Below are positions 38,906 to 49,274 of a DNA stretch of 63,048 nt, in pieces. The notes below the pieces were generated by a model. That model was not told where the DNA came from. It saw only the letters and a list, made by a program, of their open reading frames with translations, and did not search any database. Source of the stretch: a virus. Its lineage: Duplodnaviria; Caudoviricetes. Each line of letters begins with the position of its first letter. Position 1 is the first letter of the stretch. The translations under genes and the position numbers were made by a program. Location: positions 1-63,048 of IMG/VR virus record IMGVR_UViG_3300032322_002946, one strand, 5' to 3'.

Positions 38906-40789
38906 ATGAGTACAAAAAACACAATTATTGGAATTGACCTCGGAACCACAAATTCATGCGTCGCTGTGGTTGAAGGAGGAGAACCAGTTGTAATCTCTAA
39001 CTCTGAGGGTAAAAGAACGACACCATCAGTTGTAGGATTTACAGACAAAGACAGAAAAATTGGAGATCCAGCTAAGCGTCAGGCTGTAACTAATCCAAAA
39101 AAGACAATCTATTCTATTAAGAGATTTATTGGTAAAGATTTTTCTGTTTGTAAAGATGAGGTAAAGAGAGTACCTTATGCAGTTGAAAAAAGTGGAAATA
39201 ATGTACCTGGAGTTAGAATTGACGACAGACTATATTCACCACAAGAAATCTCAGCAATGATTCTGCAAAAAATGAAGAAAACAGCTGAAGATTATTTAGG
39301 TTATGAAGTAAACAGAGCGGTTATTACCGTTCCGGCTTATTTCGGTGATGCTGAAAGAACAGCGACTATTGAGGCTGGTGAGATTGCTGGACTTAAAGTT
39401 GAAAGAATCATCAACGAACCTACTGCAGCAGCTTTAGCTTATGGTCTCGATAAAAAGAACACTGACGCTAAAATCCTAGTATTCGATTGTGGTGGTGGGA
39501 CACATGATGTATCAGTATTAGAAATTGGTGATGGTGTATTTGAAGTTAAATCAACTGATGGTGATACTCACTTAGGTGGTGATGATTTTGACAACGCTAT
39601 TATCAATTGGATGGTAGAAGAGTTTAAGTCTGAAAACAATATGGACTTATCAAAAGATCCAATGGCCCTACAACGTCTCAAAGAGGCAGCTGAAAAAGCT
39701 AAGATTGAATTATCTTCTACTTCACAAAGTGAAATTAATCTTCCTTATATAACGGCTCAGGATGGATTACCACTTCACTTCGTGAAACAACTTACTAGAG
39801 CTAAATTTGACCAATTGACTGCTAGTTTAGTTGAAAGAACAATCGCATGTGCCAAAAGTGCTCTCAAGTCAGCTGGTTTGAAGCCATCTGATATCGATGA
39901 AGTAATTCTCGTTGGTGGTTCGACCAGAATTCCATCAGTACAAGAGGCTTTAGAAAAGTTTATCGGTAAGAAACCAAACAAATCAGTAAATCCAGATGAA
40001 GTTGTTGCTTTAGGTGCTTCTATTCAAGGAGCTGTTTTGACTGGTGGAATCACTGATGTTCTTCTTTTAGATGTTACACCACTTTCATTAGGTATCGAAA
40101 CTATGGGAAGTGTAATGACTAAACTAATTGAAGCTAATACAACTATTCCTACTCGTAAGTCAGAAACATTCTCAACAGCCGCTGATAATCAACCATCTGT
40201 AGAAATTCATGTTCTACAAGGTGAAAGACCAATGGCTAAAGATAACCGTTCGTTAGGTCGCTTCCATTTAGATGGAATCATGCCAGCACCGAGAGGTATT
40301 CCTCAAATTGAAGTAACTTTTGATATCGATGCGAATGGGGTTCTGTCTGTATCTGCAAAAGATAAGGCATCTGGTAAAGAAAATCAAATTCGAATAGAAG
40401 GTGGTTCTCAATTGACCAAAGAGGAAATCGAAAGAATGAAAGCTGAGGCTGAGGCAAATGCAGAGGCTGATGCTAAAGAAAGAGAAATGGTTGATAAGTT
40501 AAACATGGCTGATAGTTTGATTTTCCAAACTGAAAAACAGATTAAAGAATTTTCAGATAAACTAACAGAAGACGACAAATCAACCTTAAACTCTAACTTA
40601 GATGAACTGAAATCAGCTCATTCTGAGAAAGACTTAGAGAAAATTGATTTGACATCTCAAAAGTTAAATGAGAGTTGGCAGACAATTTCAACCAGACTTT
40701 ATCAACAACAATCAGAAACTGGTGAATCTAACCAGTCTGAGAGTCAAAATGATGAAGTTCAAGACGCAGACTTCGAAGAAGTAAAATAA
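38906..40789 (+). CDS. dnaK: Chaperone DnaK (Hsp70)
   Basis: [45 protein letters not shown]. Confidence 0.98.
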   Translation: MSTKNTIIGIDLGTTNSCVAVVEGGEPVVISNSEGKRTTPSVVGFTDKDRKIGDPAKRQAVTNPKKTIYSIKRFIGKDFSVCKDEVKRVPYAVEKSGNNVPGVRIDDRLYSPQEISAMILQKMKKTAEDYLGYEVNRAVITVPAYFGDAERTATIEAGEIAGLKVERIINEPTAAALAYGLDKKNTDAKILVFDCGGGTHDVSVLEIGDGVFEVKSTDGDTHLGGDDFDNAIINWMVEEFKSENNMDLSKDPMALQRLKEAAEKAKIELSSTSQSEINLPYITAQDGLPLHFVKQLTRAKFDQLTASLVERTIACAKSALKSAGLKPSDIDEVILVGGSTRIPSVQEALEKFIGKKPNKSVNPDEVVALGASIQGAVLTGGITDVLLLDVTPLSLGIETMGSVMTKLIEANTTIPTRKSETFSTAADNQPSVEIHVLQGERPMAKDNRSLGRFHLDGIMPAPRGIPQIEVTFDIDANGVLSVSAKDKASGKENQIRIEGGSQLTKEEIERMKAEAEANAEADAKEREMVDKLNMADSLIFQTEKQIKEFSDKLTEDDKSTLNSNLDELKSAHSEKDLEKIDLTSQKLNESWQTISTRLYQQQSETGESNQSESQNDEVQDADFEEVK

Positions 40790-40804
40790 AACTTTTTTGA
40801 AATT

Positions 40805-40835
40805 AAAAAACCCAGTCATTTGACTGGGTTTTTTT
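40805..40835. terminator. Bidirectional intrinsic terminator
   Basis: AAAAAACCCAGTCA-TT-TGACTGGGTTTTTTT. Confidence 0.85.
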
Positions 40836-40836
40836 A

Positions 40837-42078
40837 TTAATCATTATCATATGTGTCGTAATCTCCTCCTGTTTCCTTTAGATATTTCCCAGTGCCTTTC
40901 GCGTAATTATAAAGCCACGCATCATAATCGTTTAGATAACACATTGTATCTAAGTATGGATAAAATTCAAAATCACCTTCATCTATTTCAACCCTTAAAG
41001 AAGGATCACTGACTACATTAGAACCATTTGTTAATGGTGTCTCTGTGTCCATAGTTTGGTCTCTTTTCCACCACCAGTTATTTTTTTCAGCAAATTGTTT
41101 AAATAACTCTACATCAGAATCGTGTGTAGTATAGATTCTATCCATAAATTGAATTTTGTTGCCATTTAAGAAAGCATCCCAAAGTAAAGCTCTACCCTTT
41201 ATTTTATCAGATGTGTATTTACCATCTGTTAATTTTCCTTCATCATCGTAAAGAATCACAAGTGATACTTGTGGATTTTCTGTATAGATATTGAAAGTTT
41301 CACTTTCCATTTTAGCCATACAAGAGTTATTTAATGTTCCACCACCTCGTTTATAGTTTGTACTATCATACCATTTAGCAATATCTCCACCTTTAACAAC
41401 ATCAAATTGTTTTAAGGCGTCAGCTGCGAAATCATAAGTGGCTTTCCATTTATTTGTAAAATCTTCGATGTCTTTATCTGTAAAAGTTATTTTAGCAGAT
41501 TGTAAAATAGCTCTTACTAATCTTCCGATTTTCATTGGATTTCTAGAAGATGTCCATACTTCTTTTGGTTCTACTTCATAAGGCTCAATTGCTGCCGTAT
41601 TTATTACAGCAAGCCTTGGACTATCTGTTCCATATTCTTCAAAAAGAGCATATTTATTTGTTGATACTGGACTTTGTGCTTCTTTTAATACTACACCAAT
41701 CGTATCAACCTCAGGTGCCCAATTTTGTCTTCCATTTTTATCATAACCTAAAAGTGCAAATATTCTATCATTCTTATCACTATGTGTTAAATATCTTCCA
41801 TTATTGATGACTCTGTGAGTTTCAACTTTTTTACTTCTAAATTCTTGAGCCTTAGCGTCCATAATAAAGCTAACTGAATCTTTTTGGTCAGTTATATCAA
41901 TGTAATTATATCTTGTATCGATATCATTTCCTGATATTTTCAATAATTCTAAGGCCAATCTATCTTCTCTCATTTTAGACAAGATATTATTAAACTTATT
42001 CGAAAATACAATTTTAGACTCATTTAATAATTGTATTAAAATATTCTCGTTCAAAAAATCATTATACCTACGTATCAT
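40837..42078 (-). CDS. Conserved-looking phage protein with leader motif
   Basis: Likely start MIRRYNDFLNE 5 nt after TTAATATATA; LNNSCM, GRALLW, FMDRIY, PYLDT blocks. Confidence 0.65.
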   Translation of the reverse strand: MIRRYNDFLNENILIQLLNESKIVFSNKFNNILSKMREDRLALELLKISGNDIDTRYNYIDITDQKDSVSFIMDAKAQEFRSKKVETHRVINNGRYLTHSDKNDRIFALLGYDKNGRQNWAPEVDTIGVVLKEAQSPVSTNKYALFEEYGTDSPRLAVINTAAIEPYEVEPKEVWTSSRNPMKIGRLVRAILQSAKITFTDKDIEDFTNKWKATYDFAADALKQFDVVKGGDIAKWYDSTNYKRGGGTLNNSCMAKMESETFNIYTENPQVSLVILYDDEGKLTDGKYTSDKIKGRALLWDAFLNGNKIQFMDRIYTTHDSDVELFKQFAEKNNWWWKRDQTMDTETPLTNGSNVVSDPSLRVEIDEGDFEFYPYLDTMCYLNDYDAWLYNYAKGTGKYLKETGGDYDTYDND

Positions 42079-42145
42079 AAATGTATATATTAAATAAATT
42101 TTAGACTTTATGTTTTTAATCATAAAAAAGTAAAAATATATATCT

Positions 42146-42400
42146 ATGATGAAAATTATTTACAAAAATTTAGTTAGGAAAAAAGTCATACAAATGATTA
42201 AGAAAATCGGTGGAGATGTTTCTGAAATTGTTTTAGACATAGAACTTTCTGAAATGACAATAAACACTATTGAGTGGTTAGATTCAGAAAAATGTCTGCT
42301 TGTTCACGTATTTGTAGATGATTTAGATCACTTTTATGAATTTGATGACTTATCAGAAAAAGATAAGTTAATAATACTTACAACTTTAAGTTTCTATTAG
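42146..42400 (+). CDS. Hypothetical protein
   Basis: 84 aa ORF. Confidence 0.5.
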   Translation: MMKIIYKNLVRKKVIQMIKKIGGDVSEIVLDIELSEMTINTIEWLDSEKCLLVHVFVDDLDHFYEFDDLSEKDKLIILTTLSFY

Positions 42401-43431
42401 AGACTATTTAACATCTCAATAAGTTCTTTCTGTGGGAATAAGTCAAATTTATCTCTTCTGACTTGTGTATGAGTTCTTAAACCACCTAATGAAAACCATT
42501 TACTATTGTATTCAAACCATTCTTCATTGTAGATGCCTTTTTCAATTTCAATTTGCCATCTTTTATTTAAGTAAGTTATTAATCTAGCTGTTGAGTCTAA
42601 TTGTTTTTCTGTATATTTTTCCCAGTATTTATAACCTCTGAATGGCTTTGATAATTCACAAACATCTGATTCATTGACTTCTTTATTTACATAATTAATA
42701 AACTTACCTTCTTTAGTCAATCTAAGAGGACCATAGTTACAAATTTCAATACCAACAGATTTAGAATTTAAGTCTAAACTCATGTTGTGATTTATTCCTA
42801 AATGATAAGCCCAATATCTATCATCAAATGCTCTAAGAATTTTTCCATCCCAAAGTCCGTCACTTTTTGATGAGGAACTTCTACCAATTACAAAAGATGT
42901 TCCTACTCTTAGGGGTTTAATTTTACCATTTTTATCTAGTATTGCCTCTCCCTTTTCATCTTTTTGAAAGTCTTTATCCCAACCAGATATAGTCCAATCT
43001 GGTCTCGAACCACCAGCAGTGTGGTGTAACCAAATAGTATTTTTCTGAGTTGGTTTTTTATAGTATTCATCGTCTGGTAAAAGACAATCGTAAATTGTCA
43101 AACCATCATCTCCAATATAAGAAATTTCATGAGGTATATCTACTTTAACTACTGGTTTATAAGTATTTTGATTTTTTTCCTCAATTTTTTTATTTTCAAT
43201 CTCAACTGGTGTTGGATTAGGATTATAAGCTAATATTTGTGACCAGGTCTGAGGACCAACGACACCATCAGCTCTTACTCCAACTTTTCTTTGAAAATTT
43301 GTTACAGAAACTAATGTATTTTGACCAAAGAATCCATCTACTCTTTCTTTATAAAATCCAAACTCTTTTAGTTTGTTTTGAAGAAGTCTAACATCCTCAC
43401 CTGACATTCTAAGCATCATAATTCTTTGCAT
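42397..43431 (-). CDS. Endolysin: peptidoglycan-binding domain + N-acetylmuramoyl-L-alanine amidase
   Basis: GEDVRLLQ..L..VDG.FG..T..V..FQ..ADGVVGPQTW; WLHHTAG, SVGIEI, TH...KFD. Confidence 0.85.
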   Translation of the reverse strand: MQRIMMLRMSGEDVRLLQNKLKEFGFYKERVDGFFGQNTLVSVTNFQRKVGVRADGVVGPQTWSQILAYNPNPTPVEIENKKIEEKNQNTYKPVVKVDIPHEISYIGDDGLTIYDCLLPDDEYYKKPTQKNTIWLHHTAGGSRPDWTISGWDKDFQKDEKGEAILDKNGKIKPLRVGTSFVIGRSSSSKSDGLWDGKILRAFDDRYWAYHLGINHNMSLDLNSKSVGIEICNYGPLRLTKEGKFINYVNKEVNESDVCELSKPFRGYKYWEKYTEKQLDSTARLITYLNKRWQIEIEKGIYNEEWFEYNSKWFSLGGLRTHTQVRRDKFDLFPQKELIEMLNSL

Positions 43432-43433
43432 GA

Positions 43434-43949
43434 TTATTCGAAATTATTTTTATATCTTTCTTTATTCCTCTTTTCCAGATAAGCCCTTAAATCTGCGTAA
43501 CTCACCGCACCTGGATTCTTTAATATATTTTCTGGATTACCATCTGGCTTAGGTTCTATCTTTTTGAGTTCGTCGTTTTTGACTTTTTCGTCATATTTAT
43601 CTTCCGCGTCTTTGAGTAAGAATCCTATGTAAGAGTCTATATTTTTCTTTCTAACAAATTCTGGATCATATTGGTAGATGAATTCTTCAAAATTTTGGCC
43701 TATAAATGCTGCAAAAGTATTATCTTTTATATAGTGATCTACATAAAATCTAATGTCACCAACATTTCCTTGCGCATATATTGTTGTTTTATAAATTGAA
43801 TTATAATGAATTGCAAATTTATCTGCATCATTCACAACTCTTCTTCCAGATTTATCTAGTGTTGAAACAAGTCCGAGATTTTGTCTAAAATATTTAGACC
43901 TTTTGAATTCTTGTGCAATCTGATACGAACAAACAATATTTAATCCCAT
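43434..43949 (-). CDS. Hypothetical protein
   Basis: 171 aa ORF upstream of endolysin; TTAATAAATA upstream. Confidence 0.6.
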   Translation of the reverse strand: MGLNIVCSYQIAQEFKRSKYFRQNLGLVSTLDKSGRRVVNDADKFAIHYNSIYKTTIYAQGNVGDIRFYVDHYIKDNTFAAFIGQNFEEFIYQYDPEFVRKKNIDSYIGFLLKDAEDKYDEKVKNDELKKIEPKPDGNPENILKNPGAVSYADLRAYLEKRNKERYKNNFE

Positions 43950-44036
43950 AACATATTTATTAATATTTAGACTTTCCCTAAAACAAAAAATCCCTATACA
44001 TTGTACAGGGATTGTATTACAACTTACAAAATAAAT

Positions 44037-44603
44037 TTATTCAGTTTCTATTTCTAATTTTTCTTCTTCATCACCAAATTCATCATCTAATTCAATTTTA
44101 AGATCGATTATAAACTCTTCATCAATTTTCTTAATTTCTACATTTTTAGATATTTGACCTATTAGTTCGATGTCTTTTGTTAATAGACTATACTTTTTGA
44201 ATTTAATATAACACATTTTTACATCATCCATTGTAAAGTCTTTATTAGGGTCTTTTGGTAGTGCTTCTTTTAAGTCAATCATAATAATTAAATGATACAT
44301 AAACTCATCGTCTCTAAAGACTATGGTTAATGAATCATATAATTTGGAATATTTTGAAATTTCTGAACTCTCTAATCTAATTCCTAAATCTTTGAATGTC
44401 AGTTTTTCTTTATTTTTCTTAGAATCTTCTTGAGCTTTTTTAATAGACTTCTCTTCAGCTTCTTCCTCTTCTGTTTCGTTGGATTCTTCAAATAATCCAT
44501 CAATCTTTCTTTTTAATTTAGATAGAACAGAAGAAATATACGTTTCCGGTGTATCATTTAATAGTTCTTCGTTAATAAACTCTGTGAATTTTACAATTTT
44601 CAT
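44037..44603 (-). CDS. Acidic hypothetical protein with leader motif
   Basis: MKIVKFTEFINEE; TTAATATATA 4 nt upstream. Confidence 0.6.
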   Translation of the reverse strand: MKIVKFTEFINEELLNDTPETYISSVLSKLKRKIDGLFEESNETEEEEAEEKSIKKAQEDSKKNKEKLTFKDLGIRLESSEISKYSKLYDSLTIVFRDDEFMYHLIIMIDLKEALPKDPNKDFTMDDVKMCYIKFKKYSLLTKDIELIGQISKNVEIKKIDEEFIIDLKIELDDEFGDEEEKLEIETE

Positions 44604-44629
44604 AATGTATATATTAAATTCGATTTCTA

Positions 44630-44813
44630 TTATAAGTAAATTCTTTCAGAATTAATTGTTAAACCTAAGAATTCTTTTGCCTCTTCGTCAAACTCTTTTG
44701 GATCCTCTGTTGTAAGATATTTTATTGTTCCATTTTTAGAACAATTGATGTCAGATATTTTTAGATATTCAATATTTGCCAGTAAAATCACTAAAATTGT
44801 TAAGATAATTCAT
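44630..44813 (-). pseudogene. Frameshifted remnant, C-terminus resembling glutamate racemase
   Basis: ATG at 44813 behind TTAATATATA stops after 14 codons; other frame reads GTIKYLTTEDPKEFDEEAKEFLGLTI. Confidence 0.4.
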
Positions 44814-44856
44814 TAAAATTATATATTAATAAAAAATTTTTATTATATTTGTCAAT

Positions 44857-45783
44857 ATGAAGAATTTAGGATACTGCTGCATTTCACTCGGTTGTAATGA
44901 AGGTAAAAAGAAAAAAGAACAAATCTTAGTCAATCGAAGTATGGTGCGTAAGACTTTTGACACCAAAGGTCTTCAATATGTTTCAGAACTTATAATATTA
45001 AATATTAAAGACACATTGAAGGTATTAGATTGGAACATACAAAATGATATCTATGTTTATCGTATGTCTTCTGATTCATTTCCGTGGATGTCAGAATATA
45101 TGTTTGATGACTTACCAAACTTTGATATCATAAAGGATTTATTACAACAAGTCGGAAATAAAGTTAAACAAAATGGTATGAGAGTTTCGTATCATCCTGG
45201 ACCATTCAACGTATTAGCATCTGAAAGACAAGAAGTGATTTATCGTGCTATTGCTGAGTTAGATCAACACGCCTATCTTATGGACTTAATGGAATTGGAT
45301 CAATCTACATTCTACCCTATCAATATTCACATTGGTACTACAAAACCAACAACTTATGAAGCTGCTAAGAAATTCTGTCAAAGTTTTCAACTCTTATCAG
45401 AATCCTGTAAAAAAAGATTGACCGTAGAGAACGATGATTCACCAAATCAATTCTCAGTGAAGATGTTGTATGATTGGGTTCATACTGAAATCGGAATTCC
45501 AATCGTGTTTGACCAACATCACTTTAATTATGGACCACAAGACCAGACGATGGAAGAGGCTTTAAAACTTGCTTATTCTACCTGGAAAGGTGTAAGACCA
45601 CTTACACATATGAGTTCTCCAAAAACATTAGAAGATTTTACTGGAAAACAAACTGCTCATGCTGACTACATCTATGAAGAAATCAAAACTTATGGTTTAG
45701 ACTTTGATACAGAGATTGAGGCTAAAGCTAAAGACTTAGCGGTTTTTCGATACAGAGAACAATTTAAGATTATAAAAAGTTAA
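44857..45783 (+). CDS. uvsE: UV damage endonuclease
   Basis: LGYCCI, YRMSSD.FP, SYHPGPF, NIHIG, LTVENDD, FDQHH, HADY, EAKAKD. Confidence 0.92.
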   Translation: MKNLGYCCISLGCNEGKKKKEQILVNRSMVRKTFDTKGLQYVSELIILNIKDTLKVLDWNIQNDIYVYRMSSDSFPWMSEYMFDDLPNFDIIKDLLQQVGNKVKQNGMRVSYHPGPFNVLASERQEVIYRAIAELDQHAYLMDLMELDQSTFYPINIHIGTTKPTTYEAAKKFCQSFQLLSESCKKRLTVENDDSPNQFSVKMLYDWVHTEIGIPIVFDQHHFNYGPQDQTMEEALKLAYSTWKGVRPLTHMSSPKTLEDFTGKQTAHADYIYEEIKTYGLDFDTEIEAKAKDLAVFRYREQFKIIKS

Positions 45784-45792
45784 TATCAAAAA

Positions 45793-46263
45793 TTATTTTT
45801 TATTGACAGATGGATCTTCCATTTTTTGAATTAGATCATCTACTAATCTAGAAACTGCTTCAGGCTTTTCATCTTTCTTAAACTTAACCTTAATTTTAGC
45901 ATTTCCTAAATTTGAATCCTTTTTATTTTGAGAATCAAAATGAATTGATCCTATACTATGATATCTATCTTTTCCTAACAAAGATTTTTTAACTTCTGAA
46001 TCATTATCTTCATGGTCTAGTAACAATCTAGCTTCAAAATCAACTTCGAGTTCGTCTAATCCAACTGATGAATGATCAGCGAGAACATAAAGAGGAATGA
46101 CTATATCCTTATCACCGACTTTGAAAGTTTTAGTGATAGGTGTTCCATCTGCTTTAAAATAATTTTTAAGATTATCAATATGTTGTCTTTCAGAAATTCT
46201 TCTGGCAACAAGAGCTGCTTCATTCAAAGCACTTATTAAATCATCAATGTTTAGTTTAGACAT
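45793..46263 (-). CDS. DUF2589-like protein (copy B)
   Basis: IDDLI.AL.EAA..A, YF..DG.P, IPLYVLA.HSS..LDEL.V.F, PEAVSRL.D. Confidence 0.65.
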   Translation of the reverse strand: MSKLNIDDLISALNEAALVARRISERQHIDNLKNYFKADGTPITKTFKVGDKDIVIPLYVLADHSSVGLDELEVDFEARLLLDHEDNDSEVKKSLLGKDRYHSIGSIHFDSQNKKDSNLGNAKIKVKFKKDEKPEAVSRLVDDLIQKMEDPSVNKK

Positions 46264-46290
46264 AAAAAAAGGGACTTATTGTCCCTTTTT
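46264..46290 (-). terminator. Hairpin/U-tract abutting start codon of second DUF2589 gene
   Basis: Minus strand AAAAAGGGAC-AATAA-GTCCCTTTTTTT-ATG. Confidence 0.65.
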
Positions 46291-46313
46291 ATATTAAAAA
46301 AAACTAAATTTGT

Positions 46314-46922
46314 TTATTCGTTTTTATTATCTCCAGTTGGTACAACTGATGGTTCCATCATCATTTGTAACATATCAGATAATTTTAACATACCTTCAGT
46401 TGGTGGTAATTGTTCAGCATGTACTTTCACATTATATTTAGCTGAGTTATCTGTACTTCTAGTATTTTCTTTGTGAGTCGCGATTTTACCACTCATTGAA
46501 ACTTTATATTTCATTCCCCAGAAACCACCAGAAACTTCAGCACTTGCTTCAGCAGACGTATCTGTTGAATCTTTAGAGATATCAGTTTGTTTAACTTCCA
46601 TAGAGAACTCGATATCAGCACTTGTGATTGAAAGAGCTGGTAGTGGAACCAATGGTAAAAGAGGAACCTTAGAGTTAATTTCTTGTAGTTCTTGTTTTCC
46701 TGTTTCAGGATTGATTACAAATCTGTTTAAAGTTACATCTAAACTATTTGCTACTTTAGGTGAATTTTCATCACCACCTTTAGGTGTTGTGAAGGCTACT
46801 TGAGAGATATATTTCCAAGTAACATCATTCAATTGTGCTTGACCTTTTGCCATACCAACAAGTGGTTGAACAATTAAATCTTCAATAGGAAGTCCAGCGA
46901 ATTGTTGTGCGATATCTGCCAT
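46314..46922 (-). CDS. DUF2589-like protein (copy A)
   Basis: QFAGLPIEDLI..PL...A..Q, VPLLPLVPLPAL.I....IEF.MEV, RSTDNSAKY.V.V.A..PEG. Confidence 0.8.
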   Translation of the reverse strand: MADIAQQFAGLPIEDLIVQPLVGMAKGQAQLNDVTWKYISQVAFTTPKGGDENSPKVANSLDVTLNRFVINPETGKQELQEINSKVPLLPLVPLPALSITSADIEFSMEVKQTDISKDSTDTSAEASAEVSGGFWGMKYKVSMSGKIATHKENTRSTDNSAKYNVKVHAEQLPPTEGMLKLSDMLQMMMEPSVVPTGDNKNE

Positions 46923-46957
46923 ATTTTATATTTTTATTTTTATATATTAAAGAAAAA

Positions 46958-47158
46958 TTACCTAAATTTTGCAATTTTTGACATTTTTTTCTTAATTTCT
47001 TCCATTTTCCTTAATGTTTCTAAGGTTTCTCTCTTCATTTCATCTGTCATTTTAAAATTAAAAATTAAACCACAACCCGGACAAATAGATTCCGGTTGGT
47101 TTAATATGAATTGTAAATCCATACCTAATTTTGTTTTACACACTGGACAACCAAACAT
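46958..47158 (-). CDS. Small zinc-ribbon protein
   Basis: CPVC..CPGC. Confidence 0.6.
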   Translation of the reverse strand: MFGCPVCKTKLGMDLQFILNQPESICPGCGLIFNFKMTDEMKRETLETLRKMEEIKKKMSKIAKFR

Positions 47159-47165
47159 AAGTTAG

Positions 47166-47609
47166 TTATATATTGTTTTCTAATTCCTCTGGGTGTAATA
47201 GACCTCTGCCATATTTCTGAAATCTTTCAACATATCTCGTTTTAACTCTATCCGAAATAGGAATAGGTGCTCCTTCTTCATCTAATTTAACGAAGACCAT
47301 CTTAGTTGAACAAACCAAACTTTGTTTCCCAGTATGAACATTGTGTTTTCTAGCCTCAAGGTTTATAGTAACAGAAGTTTTACCAAACTTATCTACTGAG
47401 GCATATATCTTTATAAGATTTCCAACTTTTACTGGATTCTCAAAAACGACTTCTTCAATTTTCTTTGTGACCATTTTAGCTGAGTCACAGATTTGACAGG
47501 CGTAAGCGGCAGCTGCCTCATCTAAAAAAGACATCATATTTCCTCCAAACAAATTACCATGAACACCTAAGTCCAAAGCCATACAAATTTTTGTTGTTAC
47601 TAATTCCAT
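47166..47609 (-). CDS. Acyl-CoA thioesterase (YciA-like hotdog fold)
   Basis: DLGVHGNLFGG..M..LDEAA, F..PV.VG, G.TS. Confidence 0.85.
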   Translation of the reverse strand: MELVTTKICMALDLGVHGNLFGGNMMSFLDEAAAAYACQICDSAKMVTKKIEEVVFENPVKVGNLIKIYASVDKFGKTSVTINLEARKHNVHTGKQSLVCSTKMVFVKLDEEGAPIPISDRVKTRYVERFQKYGRGLLHPEELENNI

Positions 47610-47615
47610 GTTATT

Positions 47616-48302
47616 TTATTTTATTTTATAGTATTTAAATGGTAGTTTTTCTTTCATCCAAGACACTTCAATTTTTATCACATCATCCGGTATAAGACTA
47701 TTTTCTGATATTGAAATTAAATGTGTTCCTGGTTTAAGTATATTTAATATGTTTTCAATGTCTTCGTTCTCAAATAATAAATCATTCATAAAAACAAAAT
47801 TCACATTTGAAAAGTCAAAATCTAAGGCATCTAAATTAAAAAAATTGACGTTGTTAAAATTGAGTAGTGTTTTTTCTTTTATCCAATTAGAATAAAGATG
47901 TCTAATCTTTTGTATTTCTAATCCTATAAAACTATTAAACTGACTTATGATAGCCATATGTAAAACAATTTTACCATTTCCAGATCCCACATCACAAAAG
48001 TTTATTAACTCTTCATTATCAATTTTACCCTTTATAAACTCATATAATGTTTCAACTCCTCTTTGAGTAATCTCACCATAACCGAGTTTGGTATATTGTT
48101 CATCTAAGTCAATTTCTACTTCGACTCCAGAGTTTAAGTAAGATTCGAGTGGGGTGTTGTTTTCTAATTTATCTTTATCTTCTTCTGACAAAGTATGCCA
48201 TATGCCGATCTCTAAAGCTATTGACTTTGCTGTAAAAAGGTTATTTTCATAAACTCTTTTTAAACTTTCAAACTTTTCAATATTTTTAAGAAAGTCAATC
48301 AT
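47616..48302 (-). CDS. DOT1-like class I SAM methyltransferase
   Basis: YGEI, FCDVGSGNGKIV, GLEI...RH, FMNDLLF. Confidence 0.65.
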   Translation of the reverse strand: MIDFLKNIEKFESLKRVYENNLFTAKSIALEIGIWHTLSEEDKDKLENNTPLESYLNSGVEVEIDLDEQYTKLGYGEITQRGVETLYEFIKGKIDNEELINFCDVGSGNGKIVLHMAIISQFNSFIGLEIQKIRHLYSNWIKEKTLLNFNNVNFFNLDALDFDFSNVNFVFMNDLLFENEDIENILNILKPGTHLISISENSLIPDDVIKIEVSWMKEKLPFKYYKIK

Positions 48303-48708
48303 ATTTAATTATTTCTAAACCGGCTTCTTTTAGAAAGTCTAATCCAGATGTATCTTTATAATCTTCTAAATAAACCAATTTTTTTATTCCAGATTGTAAG
48401 ATTAATTTAGAACAATCTTTACAAGGTGAATGAGTTTGATAAAGAGTGGCTCCTTCACAAGAGTGACCATGTTTTGCACATTTTAAGATAGCGTTTGCTT
48501 CTCCGTGAATTACATACCAATGAGTTTCACCGATTGAGTTTTCACAACAATTGTCAAAAGAAGTTGGTGTTCCATTATAACCATCAGAAATAATCATGCC
48601 ATTTTTAACGATTAGAGCACCAACTTGTTTTCTATTACAATGAGATAACTTTGACCACTCTTTGGCCAAACTCAGATAAGCTCTGTCATATCTCTCTTGT
48701 TTATTCAT
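48295..48708 (-). CDS. dCMP deaminase
   Basis: VGALIVK, GYNG, HGEANAI, SPCKDC. Confidence 0.92.
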   Translation of the reverse strand: MNKQERYDRAYLSLAKEWSKLSHCNRKQVGALIVKNGMIISDGYNGTPTSFDNCCENSIGETHWYVIHGEANAILKCAKHGHSCEGATLYQTHSPCKDCSKLILQSGIKKLVYLEDYKDTSGLDFLKEAGLEIIKYD

Positions 48709-48709
48709 A

Positions 48710-49264
48710 TTACTTTTTATCAATTTGCATAACATCTAATTCAATAGGTGTTTTTCTACCAAAAATTGATACAGCGACTTTTACTCTTTGTCCTTCAATT
48801 TTTTCAATAGTACCAACCATTGATTGAAAAGGACCATCTAAGATTTTAACCTCTTCTCCTGCAATGAAAGGATTTTCTATTTCTTTCTCAGCTTCTTCAA
48901 CATAACCAATCATTCGATTTACTTCATTTTGAGAAAGTGCTTGAATTTCACCTGATTTATTTGTTAAAAATCCAGTAGCTCCATTACATTCTTTTAAGAA
49001 ATATTTCAACTCTCCAACTGCATTTGATTGGATGAAAATATAACCAGGATAAAGAACTTTCTCTCTTTTAACTTTTTTACCAGCTTTTATATAAAAAGTC
49101 TTTTCCATCGGGACTATAACTTGTTGAATTTTTCCTAGCAATTCTCCTTTTTCTCCGGATTTGATGATTTTTTCAGATACGCTTCTCTCACGATTAGCTT
49201 GAGTTCTAACAATATACCATTTAGATGTTGATTTCTGATTTGATTCTAAAACTGTGTGTTCCAT
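48710..49264 (-). CDS. nusG: Transcription elongation factor NusG
   Basis: WYIV, LYPGYIF, KOW GEEVKILDGPF..G, VSIFGRKTPIEL. Confidence 0.92.
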   Translation of the reverse strand: MEHTVLESNQKSTSKWYIVRTQANRERSVSEKIIKSGEKGELLGKIQQVIVPMEKTFYIKAGKKVKREKVLYPGYIFIQSNAVGELKYFLKECNGATGFLTNKSGEIQALSQNEVNRMIGYVEEAEKEIENPFIAGEEVKILDGPFQSMVGTIEKIEGQRVKVAVSIFGRKTPIELDVMQIDKK

Positions 49265-49274
49265 ATTTAATTTA

